Below, piece after piece: positions 35,961 through 47,500 of a stretch of DNA of 64,000 nucleotides. Below the pieces are notes generated by a model. That model had not been told where the DNA came from, made no database searches, and saw only the letters and a program-made list of their open reading frames with translations. The number at the start of each line of letters is the position of its first letter. Position 1 is the stretch's first letter. Where the stretch lies: positions 81,468,001 to 81,532,000 of the forward strand of contig OZ360222.1 in the NCBI GenBank assembly GCA_977017645.1, written 5' to 3'. Origin of the DNA: Torpedo marmorata. Its lineage: Eukaryota. Position numbers and translations under genes: made by a program.

Positions 35961-37796
35961 AGATGATCTATTAGAAGACTTGGCTCCTTTAGGAACTTCA
36001 CATTGGATATTTTTAATGCTATGAGCAGACGCATCCTTCAGTTGACTCCTTTTCCAGTGAAACACCAGGAGAACACACCTTTATTCTACCCAGCATGCAA
36101 ATGAAGTCTGCAGCCGGCAGTATAAGTTTTGTCTAACTAGCCGCAATTCATATTTCATAGTCACTGATCGTAGCCTGGCAATTAACTGCAACTTTAGAGA
36201 GAAAATAGGAGAGAAGTAGAGAACACCTGTTTAAAATCTGAGGACAACATTGTTTTAAAGTGTGCTTTGAGACTTGTAGTAAGGAAGGGAAGTAGATTAC
36301 TATTGATGGGTGACTTACACCCTCTCATGCTTAACATTCTGTGGAGTTGTGTGGACAAATGGTCTCACAATTTTGAGCATGTGCTTCTCAGGTAATGAAA
36401 AACTTTAGTTTGTAGAAACCATGCATATCTGCAGGTATTTAATCTGCTTCCATATATATTCTCCCATCTTTCCAACGGTCATCTGAAATAATCTTATGAC
36501 TAAATATTAAAATTAGCTTTCATTTTATAAACATTCTTTTTTTTTTGTCTTGCAAGTGGTTTCTTAGCCTTCCTTAGACCAAATAGGTCTTTGGCCAACA
36601 GTTTTCAAGATGAAATGGACAAGAGGATGAATAAATAACCGAATTTCATTTGAAAATTGGTTTCTGCTGGATTGATGCTAATATACCTGGAAGGAAGCTA
36701 GTTCGTGCTGAAGCATCCAGCGTCAGACAGGGCTGCGTGCCATCTGTCCCACCTGCTGCATAGTTAGTCCATCTGGTTATTCAAAGTGTGCTTTGTGGGT
36801 TTTACCGGAGCGGCTTCAGTGCCAATAGGCAAGCAAGCAGAGTAAATTATTTAAGCAGCCAATGTAAACTGAAAGCTCTCATCCTAGATGCTGGGGATTG
36901 TGTTAAATGCTTGAAAGCTTCTATTTGCATATAGATTTAGATACTGTATATAGATCATAGAGGAGATTGCAACCAAATTATTTTTATCTCGACTGTTACA
37001 GGATCTTTTTCTTGTCTGTATCAGGCAAGAATAGGAGTGTTTCTGGACATTTTTGTTTGCAGGAAGACAAGGATAAAAATGTGATTTATTTTCAATGTAG
37101 TAGCCCTTTAAAAGAGAACTAAGCATTAGCAAATTTGCTGAAACCTCTTTAGAACATCAAGACTGTGCATTTTATTATTCTCTGTCATCAACTTACTTGC
37201 TGAACAGTCTTTGCAAATCTGATATGGGATTTCAAATGGAAAAAACACAATTGGAAAACATAGAACTAAAAGTGGGGGAATAAATCAAACAAGGAGTTTA
37301 AGGACAGCATATCCATCAAGCCTATTTGTCTGTGTTCCAGGTAGTTCACGGAGAAATGCAGTGTAGTATTTGAAACACTTGATTTTTTTAAATTATTGGG
37401 TAAAAGATCAATTTGAATGTTCAAAACCAACTGCATTCCTTTTAATATGAGTGGATAATTATTTTTAAAAGCTGACCAGGTAAAGTATAATGCGTTATTT
37501 GGTTCATCTATTATGATATTAGCCACAAAACAAAATGTAATTGATTGAAATCTTTGAACAAAACTACTTTTAATATTTTTATTATTTTTCAGGACAGAGC
37601 AAGGTAGAAACTTTACTTTTCAGGAGACAAAGTTGTAAAATTTCTTGTCCTGACTCAATTACAATGTAATTTCAAACTAACATTGTAAATGTAAAATTGC
37701 ATTTTTTTTCATATTTTGATTAAATGCAGGGATTTTAAAAGCAGATTGAAAATTGTCAGCAACATTGGTCTTATTAGACACAAAAATGCTACCTGT

Positions 37797-37880
37797 CCAT
37801 AAGACCTTAAGACTTGGGAGAAAAATTAGGATATTCAGCCCATCGAGTCTGCTCCACTGTTCAAATCATGGCTGATGTAT
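37797..37880 (-). mobile_element. CR1 3' tail fragment
   Basis: CCATAAGACCTTAAGA tail plus TTCAGCCCATCGAGTCTGCTCCAC...ATCATGGCTGAT, homologous to 5245-5310. Confidence 0.7.
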
Positions 37881-38988
37881 TTTTTTGAGATGTCTGAAAC
37901 TTGCTTATTTTGGGCCTGAAATTTGTAGAATGTATGGCCAATAAATTTAATATAACTAAAACAGATATAGAGTTGAAGCTCCTCCCAACCCCTCAAAAGG
38001 AGAAACGGAGAATTCCTTGGACAAGCTCTAACTATTTGTTCTTGAATTTTATTTGTGGAGCCTCAGTTTGTCTGTTTAAGAAAAAATGGTGCCTGTTTTA
38101 GGATGACTAAAAATTGCCCAAGAAAACATGGAGACTGTGCTATTCAGTCACACAGTTTGGGTTTGCCAGATCAGAATGCAATTTCAGAGATCTCTTGATA
38201 TTTTATACTAGTCAAGGGCATCATCTGAATTTCTTGTTTTGAAATCTGATGGACAAATTGAAATTATGTTGTGCTGCAGTGCTAGAACCATATGCACCAC
38301 TAGAGGCTGCTAGCTCATTTTAATGTCACTAACTAGTTATGATAATAATTGGAGCACTAACCACAGTTTGCTGGTCAAGTTCAGATCAGGCCCCTCTGCT
38401 GTGTAGAGATACCCATATTTCCATAGGAACTGGTTCTATTAGCACCATGTTCAACGAGCCATTCTTCATTTTTAAGTCTTGGACAGTAAACGCTACTGGG
38501 CTACTCAAACACAAGAGGCATCGTAGCTCAGCCAATTCTAGTCCTTGCTGACACCTAATTGTTCAAGTCCTTGAATTGCATCAACACTAACATTTGCCTA
38601 TTGGATAACTGAGACCAATTGCATAACCACAGTGAGTAGAGAACAGATCCTGTAGAACACAACAAATGCAGGTAATTTAGGAAATCATAATTCAAGTATT
38701 CACTGAAAAAAATGAAGTTGCTAGAAAATAATTTATGCTGATTTTCTACCAAGATTCAACTAAACATTTGAATGCAATTATAAATATTCATAAATTGAAG
38801 AACAATGCTTGTACAACAATTCTCTGTTTAAGCCGATCAAAGAAGGAAAACGTTAGTTTAAATGTTGGGTTCAAATGTTCCTTGAGAACAATCTGCACAA
38901 AACCTGTTTTACCATCTTGTTATTTTCACAGTTGCACTATTTGATGTGCAATACAATATAGTTTAGGAGTGTAGGACACACTCTACCC

Positions 38989-39102
38989 CAGCCATTCTCA
39001 ACAGGGCCAACTAAACTTGACTGCGACACAGGGAAGGGGGCCCATAAATGTTGAGCAGAGCCCTAAGGGGGTCATAGCCAAAAATAGGGTTGAGAATGGC
39101 TG
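38989..39102. mobile_element. 114-bp hAT (Charlie-like) MITE
   Basis: Perfect 14-bp TIR CAGCCATTCTCAAC / GTTGAGAATGGCTG, with an 8-bp TSD CTCTACCC / CTCTAGCC (7/8). Confidence 0.88.
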
Positions 39103-39968
39103 CTCTAGCCAATGAATGGAACAATCTAGTACACAGAAGGACCATTGGAATCTGCAAGAGAAAACGTAGATCCACATTCCTTTAAGGGATCTTCATCCTC
39201 CACATAAAATATACCTTTGAGATGCTGCCAAACCTGCTGTTTGCTTGCAGCTATTTTATAAGTTTTACTTTATTTTCTATATTTACTTTTTACATGTATA
39301 ACAGTTGTACCAATCCAGGGAAGAGAGTATTTTAGCCCCTGGCTCAGAAAAAAAGGTGTCTCTTTAAATTAACACCTTCTCTGTGCACATTAGTTCAGAA
39401 TATCAATTAGTTGTCGTGATATGGAAATAAAATCAGCTCATTTTCAATGAAGGGTTATGGTGCCTTATTGCCATGCAGACCAGCTGTTAAGGAATCAGTT
39501 CTTGATTGGCTTCTCTCCTCAGTTTGTTCCTGTCAAATCTATTAAGATCAATTCAGATGAAAAGTCCTGCTGTGGTCAGTGCAGTGTTCTGCATATTTTA
39601 GTGACACCAGGTAGTTTTTACATCACTAACTACATCTTCCATGATGTACTGTAATTCACCATGCATCCAGCAATCTACACCTAGTCGCTTCTGAAGGCGT
39701 TCTTCAATTCTGAATTGGATTATAACAGCCTCTGGTCAGCAGAAAAGTCCATCTGTTTAGAAGAAAATAGGAAGATGTTAGGTCTAACTGATAGATGGGT
39801 TAAATCAACTGATTTAACTGATTTCACACCAGAGGTGATATTTTATTTATATGATAAAATGCTTGGAAAGTGAATAATTTGTCAAGGGAATGTCTTGTTA
39901 CTCTAAATTTACTGAAACTGGACTAAGTGTATTGCTGCTAACCAGATAGAGGAACAAAGAGGCAATTA

Positions 39969-40304
39969 TTGTTTTTACACATAACCAGCAGTTTTTTTCC
40001 GTCGGCAATTTTCACACCTACCTTCCGGAGTGGCCGTTCATACAGAACGACCTCTGTATGGATATCGCCGCGTTTTTAGACTTAAGTACCTGAGGTGCAG
40101 TACTTACGTAGCTGGACGTGGGTCGACATCGTATTCATTAGTCCATTGTTGCGGACCGCCTGCAGTTCAGTTTAGACTGCAGGCAGTCCGCAATTATGTC
40201 TAGGGCCGCTGCAGGAAAAATTTCGGAACTGGAACCATTTACACAGCCTGCGTTGCGGGAATTTTGAAATAATTTCCCGTTACGCAACGGCTGTGTAAAA
40301 ACTA
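39969..40304. mobile_element. PIF/Harbinger-like MITE
   Basis: Ends are T(T/A)GTTTTTACACA inverted repeats flanked by TTA / TAA. The CpG-rich interior has internal palindromes and repeated TT(T/C)ACAC motifs. Confidence 0.6.
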
Positions 40305-40502
40305 TAAATGACTAATGAAGAAATGGAGATTCACTGAATGTTCTAACTCAAATTCATGATTTAGAAAACATTTTGCTTCAATTTAGATAAATATGGAATT
40401 GTGAATTAGCATTTATATCAACGTAGCAGCCACTGCTTGTTTCTTGAGGTTGAATAAGTTAAATCTTCTGATATTTGTAAAAGTTTCATTTCACCTCATC
40501 AA

Positions 40503-41180
40503 TTGGCTGCACAGTGACACAGCTAATAGAGCAACTGCTTCACAGATCCAGTGGCCCAGGTTCAATCCTGTCTTTGTGGAGTTTGCATGTTCTGCCTGTG
40601 ACCACATGGATTTTCATTGGGTACATTTTCCTTCCATATTCTTTTCTTTTTAAAATATTTTTATTGAGTTTAACATATAAACAAACATACAAGAAAAAAA
40701 ATGAAAACATATAATCATACAAATTCAAAGGAAAAACAAGCAAATGAAACTACATTAACCAGCTCCCAAGTTTAAATATAGAACAAGTTATGAATATGTT
40801 ATAAATTCATGTTAAAACTCTTATTCCAAATTATTGACTAAAATATAAAATGTTAAAAAAATTCCCAAAAAAAAGAAAAAAATCTAAAAGCTAATTCTAA
40901 TCTAACCCCTCCCTCTATAAAAGATTACCTTTATAACAAAGAGAAATGAGAAAATGGATCAGATAGTGATCTCCAGATCTCAGACAGAGAATCCTCGGAA
41001 CATTCACGTTTACTAATTCTTCCAATCATGATAGTATTCTATAAATGGCCCTTCCTTCCATATTCTAATGACATGCAGGTTGTTAGGTTAACTGGGCACC
41101 TTAAATTGCCACCAGGGATTTGGACTGCTCCGTGAACCAACGTGTACTTGATGGGCCAAAAAGATCTACTTTACTGACAC
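40503..41180 (+). mobile_element. Old V-SINE interrupted by an L1 3' end
   Basis: Head and V-domain at 40503-40642 (GGTTCAATCC; GGAGTTTGCATGTTCT), continuing at 41052-41180. Confidence 0.75.
40643..41051 (-). mobile_element. L1-clade 3' end with a 15-bp TSD
   Basis: TSD TTCCTTCCATATTCT at 40628-40642 and 41052-41066. The minus strand starts with ORF2-terminal GPFIEYY and ends with AATAAA plus an A-rich tail. Confidence 0.88.
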
Positions 41181-41260
41181 ATGGATATATGGAGATAAAT
41201 AATTATCTCTGAATAATTGCTTGTAACTGTTTATTATGAATGACTAGTATGCAGTCGGTG

Positions 41261-41540
41261 AATTCAATTGAATTGTTTATTGTCACGTGCACCGAGATAC
41301 AGTGAAAAGCTTTGTTTTGCATGCTATCCAGGCAAGTCAACTCATACTTAAGTACAGCAGGTATTGCAGTAACAAAATAAACATGCAGGATGTAGTGTTA
41401 TAGTTAGTCAAAGAGTGTGGGGTATAGTGTTACAAAGGCAAAGTGCAGGTACAGAGAAAATTTAAAACAGTGAAAAGGCATAATCTTTTATCAATAAAAA
41501 GTTATTTTAAAATCTGGTAATAATAGGAAAAAAACTATCC
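41261..41540 (-). mobile_element. Rex1/Babar-type LINE 3'UTR fragment
   Basis: The minus-strand end is GTGACAATAAACAATTCAATTGAATT; GAGATACAGTGAAAAGCTTTG motif; a decayed CTGGTAATAATAGGAAAAAAACTATCC resembles 13612-13640. Confidence 0.55.
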
Positions 41541-43721
41541 TGGGGAATGGACTGTGAGGTTACACTTGGACTAAGCATTAAATATATCAAAATTATTGAC
41601 AAATGCAATTTTTAAGTGATTTCACTGGAGGTGGTGAACAGTTATTTTGTGGTGTACAACATTATTCTTTGACTTAACCTGGAATGGAACATTCCACCAA
41701 GGATGAGCAATTGTGCATTTTTAAGGAAGTATAAAGCAACAACTGGGATTGTTGATAAAGAAAAATAAAGAAAAAGATCTTCTCACACATCCTCAAGACC
41801 AAAGCATTGCACAGCCTGTAATTTTTAAATACAACCACTGTTGCAGTACAGGCAAACCTAGCAAAACATTTGTATACAGCAAGTCCCAACCTGTTGGTAA
41901 CTGGATACTGCAGAAAAGATTTGTAAACTGTTTATTAACATTTCAAAAACTTCAATTTGTTAAACATCATAAATTTTAAAAAATATGACTGACATGCTGA
42001 ACCACTCCATGTTTCCCACCAGACTTTAGTTTTCAAACCACTCCAAGTCTTCATAACCAACTGCATTTGGCTATCTTGCCTTCTTTTGCCATCTCCATGT
42101 AAACATCTTAAAAAAAAGCAACAAAGAATAAACCTCAACAATCCAAGGTGTTATTCTACCTGATTAGGATCAAACACAAGCATGAACAGAATCAAAATAA
42201 TTGAGGCCCCTGCACTGAGTAAAGTTAATAAATCATTTTAATGAGCATCTTAAGGATTGAGGATAGAAATAACATCCAACTATAAATTTGTGGACATGCT
42301 TTAAATATACACTAATCCATTAAACTCACCATGAAAAATTTAGTTTGGATCTTAAAAAATGTAATGCAATTACAGGAGCCATATTTCACACTGTTAAATT
42401 GATATGTAAAATAAAAATCTAAAATAGCTGATAAGCTAACTGCATTTTTATAATTTCACCCACTACAAGATTAAAAAAAATTACATAATATTGTAATAAT
42501 TTTAAAGTGATCTATTTGATAGTTCTAGAAGTTGTATTTAAGATAATGCAGGATTAATGAAGACATTTTAAAAATCAATTGTCGCAGTAATAGTGTTTAA
42601 ATAGAAAAGTAGGATACTGTAAAATCTCACAGTGAGAAATATTCATTGCTGCACTGATCTACAGTAAAACCTTTTGTAAAAGTGCAACTGCTACCTGCTA
42701 AGCACTGTTTTCCACTGTTTGTATCCCCCACAGTTGAATCAGAAATTTAGATTAACCAGTAACTTATCCTACCTCCACTGATTAATTGCTGCTGACCATC
42801 AAATGAGTTTTTAAAAAAATATATAATCCTGTTTCATTTTTTGACAACTTCTCACAATTACAATCACTTTTACAAAGCCTGTGGAACTTTAGCACAGTCT
42901 GGCTTCCATGGGAGACAAGATGGCAATCAGTTTGGTTGATGCAGTAATTTTAAACTAAGTGTCTGTTGCTGGTGACTGAACTCAATGTCGTCTCTTTCTC
43001 CCCTTTGTCAGATGGTCAATCTAAAGCACTCACTGTGTGGAAGAAAACATTGAAACATTTATGAAATTGTTTGATATGAACTTCAAGGATTGTACTTGTA
43101 TTGGAATCTTGTATAAATATGGAATGCATACGTTCTTTCTCACATACAGACATTTTTAGAAGTGGCAGAAGCAGAATTCAATAGCCCATGAAGTGGCTAC
43201 AGATTTTGAGATGTATAATTAACCCTTGCCTGTTCAGTGGCATACAGCCAGCATGCCAACTTTTTGCTGCTTGCTCATTTCTGTGATTTCCATTTCTAGC
43301 TAATGCCAGTCGTGCTGTTCATTTGATATTTCTTCAGCAGTCCAAGATTGTTAGTGGCTGGCACCAATTAAAGTGAGCCAACAGTGTTTAAAACCAGTAC
43401 CCTTTAAAGGAGGGATGGGGTGAATGTGGAAGGCATTCCACCACGAATCTGACTCTGGACTCAGAGGGGGGAAAATATGGAGTTCAATTTTCAGATGAGA
43501 CACCAAGGCCTTTAACAAAGAAAATGGGAAGCAGGAGAGACAGCCTGAATACACAGGGAGCCAGGAGACCAACCAGATGCACGTCATAAGGTAATGGGAA
43601 CAAAGGACAATGCCAGAGTAATCTGTTGAGGACCTAGAGTCAATGAGTTCACACGAATAGTCAGCAAGTGCATCTTTGGTGGTATATCCTAACTTCAGAT
43701 ACTTCTCAATTCACCAAAAAA

Positions 43722-43830
43722 GGTTATCTTTATCTTTGCTACATAAAGTACACTGTTTAACCTGCTGAGTTTCTCCAGCATTGTGTTTTTACTTCAAGCA
43801 CAGTGTCTGCAGACTTTCATGTTTTACCTC
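43722..43830 (+). mobile_element. Penelope-like short element lacking the hammerhead core
   Basis: GGTTATCTTTATCTTTGCTACATAAAGTACACTGTTTAACCTGCTGAGTTTCTCCAGCATTGTGTTTTTAC is the reverse-complement homologue of 50110-50185. Confidence 0.8.
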
Positions 43831-44457
43831 CATTACTCATTGACCTATAAGGACTCCTATCTAATAAACATAGACTCACATACTTAGTACCACTGAGCTC
43901 CTCATACTTGCATGTCAGACTTTGTACACACTGGCAAGCCGTTCAATCATCCCTCACACAGATTGAACAACACTTGCTGACTCAGTACCCTCTCTCTTGT
44001 GGGTAAATACAGCACAAGCCCAGAGGCAGCATACTTGCTTTTTGCGCCCAACCCCTAGTGATTAGATAGTGATCATCATCATAAAGATGTTTGTAGCTGA
44101 GACCATGGGAAGACTGAAGCCATCATAAATGCTGATGTTCTCCTCACCATTCAATCTCTCCCTCAACCCTCATTCTTTTCTGATTTATCAGCTGCAAATG
44201 GTGTGAGTGTGCACCTCTTTCCCTTGTTTCCTGCTTCACAACCTCATTCCTGTGCTTTTTCATTTCAGATACTCAAGGTGAGGCAGTTCAGTAAAAGGAA
44301 GTGGGACATGATGAAGAGATACTGTCCCAACATTTCAAACATAGCATCTGGCTCTCAAACTGCATAGTTTAGAGATGGGATATACGCTGGTGATGAGTTA
44401 GGCACACGTGCTTGAAGTCAGGACAGGGGAATAGCTAGCACAGGGGAACATGAATGA

Positions 44458-44550
44458 ATAGAAAAATAGGAATATAAAAGAAGGCCACTTGAGCCCTCAA
44501 GCCACTCCTGCCATTGAGTTAGATCATGGCTGATCAGCTCCAGGATTAAT
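44458..44550 (-). mobile_element. CR1 3' tail fragment
   Basis: ATAGAAAAATAGG...AGGCCACTTGAGCCCTCAAGCC...GCCATTGAGTTAGATCATGGCTGATC, homologous to 5222-5310. Confidence 0.7.
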
Positions 44551-47500
44551 CCCACTTCAGTGCATGAGGGGACACATTTTTTTGACTACAGAGGACTCAC
44601 ATAAGATGTTTGGGAGTCTTAGCAGAGACTTTGCATTTGCTGGCAATGAGCATGTAGGGATCCAGTACCAACATGCACAGAGCCTTGCACAAAGTTTTGT
44701 CCCATCCACTGGTGTGGGAATGCTGACAAACTCACCTCGCACACTTACATATTCAACCAAGCAGCAGGTTTCGCTGAAAGATGCTGCAGCTTTCATTGCA
44801 GCACAAGGCAAAGCTACTCAAGCTTGAGTGGAAACACCGATTGGTACCACAAGCAGTCAGAGTGCTACCACAGCTGTGGATGTCATTGTTTACAGTGTCC
44901 TTGTGAATGCATGGGATCCAACAATCTGTCCTCCAACAGATGACTATGATCCTGGCAGAGTGGCATCTGCTGCCCTGAGTATGAGCCGCAGGAGGACAAA
45001 ATCCAAATTCCCCAACCTTCAGCTCCATCAGCACCATTGCAATCAGGGCTACAGAATGCACAGCCTCTTCACTTCCACTGCACCCTCACTCCTCATGTCT
45101 GCCAGTCTGGGCACCTGTGCCAAGGCAGGCCAAAGTCACCCCTTAGTCTCCTCCACTGAAAGTAACATTCTAAAAGTCAACATTGGGTGATGACACACGG
45201 AAGGTTGGCAGTTAAGGGACATGAAAGGGGTTGACATTTGTCTGGATGTCGTAAGATGTCAGTGATCAATGTGGCTTGCAATAATGTGGGGGCTTCTACT
45301 TTTGCTTGTTAATCAAGCAGATGCTGCAATGTGAAAAGTGGTGAAGGAAAGTTTGGGTGAGAGAGATGACAGCATGAGACTGATGTCAGAAGTGCCTTTC
45401 AAAACTGAATTGGACAGCAAGGTACTTTATGGCAGTAATAAGCTTGATGGCATTTGAAAAGAAAACCATGGAATGGAATTCCAAATGTAATCAACTCTAG
45501 GTTCAATCCTCAACTGAAAATATTTCCAAGGAGTTAACAATGAAGTCTAACTTCTACCTTTTAGGGTTGGACAGCATATGCTCTTGCATCATGTGATTTA
45601 GCACGAATGCTACGTGCCCTTAGCATTAAAGTTGCTGTTCCACAATGTCCACCCATTTTGGATAATGTCCAATTCAAGACACTGGACAGTTTTTTTGAAC
45701 TATAACCTGAGCACATCTTAAAATTTAAAGTTTAGAAACAGTGATGATATTTACTGATCAATCCCTATCTTGCCTACACTCTTTGAATGATGCCATTTCT
45801 TCTTCTGCTTTGTTACTTTGTTTTATCAGGTGAAAGGACATAATAGGTATGGTAAGAAGTCAGAGGACTGGATGTGATTAATTAGCTTTGGGCTGAAGCT
45901 TGTACAAATGGTATAACAACAGGACGAGGGTTATAGGTTGCACACAGTACATACATTTGTACATGCATGTTAAGCAGTTTTATCATGAGTTTCAATGCAA
46001 TACAGTTATTTTGCATTTTATTATTCAGAGCTGGACAGATCAACCTGTATGCAATGTAGTAGCACTGTCATTTCAGTCTTTCACGGTAGAATTTAAAGTT
46101 TTTTTAAAAATTTCAATTGTCCCAGTAATTTAGAATCTATGATTTGCATTTTTTCGAAGTAAATAAACAATCATTCAAATCTGATCTTGTGCTGCTGGCT
46201 TTAGCAGATGGCCTTCTTCACATTTAAGATACTTTACAGATGGGAGTCACAGCAGCCTGCTCAGCCACAACTACCTGTATAGGCTGATAGATGGGGATAA
46301 ATCTCAACAATCCTTTCCTGACAACCAATTTCTAGAATCTGATCTGGTTGAAGACATGACTTTCATACTCAAGGCACAGAAAGCGGGCTTCTTTTTAGTC
46401 TTGTTATATTTAATCAGGTTGTCGCTCTTAATGAAATGGGCTTTAATTACACTTTTGTTTCATCTCTCTGTGACCCCTTTTAAATGTGCACGTGAACAGA
46501 TCTCAGGGCCCTCCCCACTGCACCCTCCTCCCAACTCTCATGACTTCATCAGCAACCGTGATCGTTCTTAGTCTGACTGACATCTTTATTACTAAATCCA
46601 AGTGTATAAAATCACCTTGTCACAGTGTCATCATAAAAAAAGTGAAGGTAGTTACCATGGAGTATCTGAAATGGGAGCTAGGACAATCAGTGTGTAAAGT
46701 CAGTTTCTTAATGGCAGTAAAATCAAATGTGGCAACAACTCCATGACTCCCCGCTGCTAGCTGACAGCATGGTGCAAGACGCAAAGGCTAAACATTCAGT
46801 TAAACAGTGATTGTGATGAAATGCCATTCTGTGCATAGCAAAAGAAACAAACAGGTGTAGCATGTGGGGCTTTTTTGAAAACTGCAGGAGGATCACAGTG
46901 AAAACATATCCTGTGCATTTTATTTTCAAGGTAAGTGCACGTCTGGTGTAAATGAATATCTGCACCAAGCTGTGCAGTAAGTTGTGTGCACATTTATTAA
47001 AATCTGCTGCATGATTGCAGTAAATTTTGGGGCTTTTTTTATATTTGTGGAAAAGTATTCAGTTGAATTGAATGGGACTGCATTTCTTCTGTGTGTTTTT
47101 AAGAGTCTGTTTTTTCCAGGCAACTATTGATTTCTAGTATACAAATCAGTGTTTAATTACGATAACATTTTTATTGGAATATCTGTTGTATTAAATTCAG
47201 CCCCCGTTATAATACCAATGCTTTTGATGTAATCAGCACAATAAAATGAAGGCAGAGGAAAACATTTACGGATGTAAAGTGGCACATCCCTGGCTTCTTT
47301 TGCTGACATAAATTTGATTGTTAATGGCTGTCTTTATAAGTAAGCTGACTATCATGATGGGAATTTCTTTGGGGATGCTGCTGTTGAGCATTGCTCCAAC
47401 ATCCAGCCTTATTTTACAAGTTATTTGCCCTGTTCTCAGAATTTAACGGTTAATCTCTCTCTGCCTTCTTTTCTTTTTAAAATTGAAAGGCCAGGCTTGG

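Noticed and set aside
39140-39260. Additional hammerhead-family copy
   Set aside because: Only a short GAGATGCTGCC..ACCTGCTG tail resemblance remains; there is no recognisable core.
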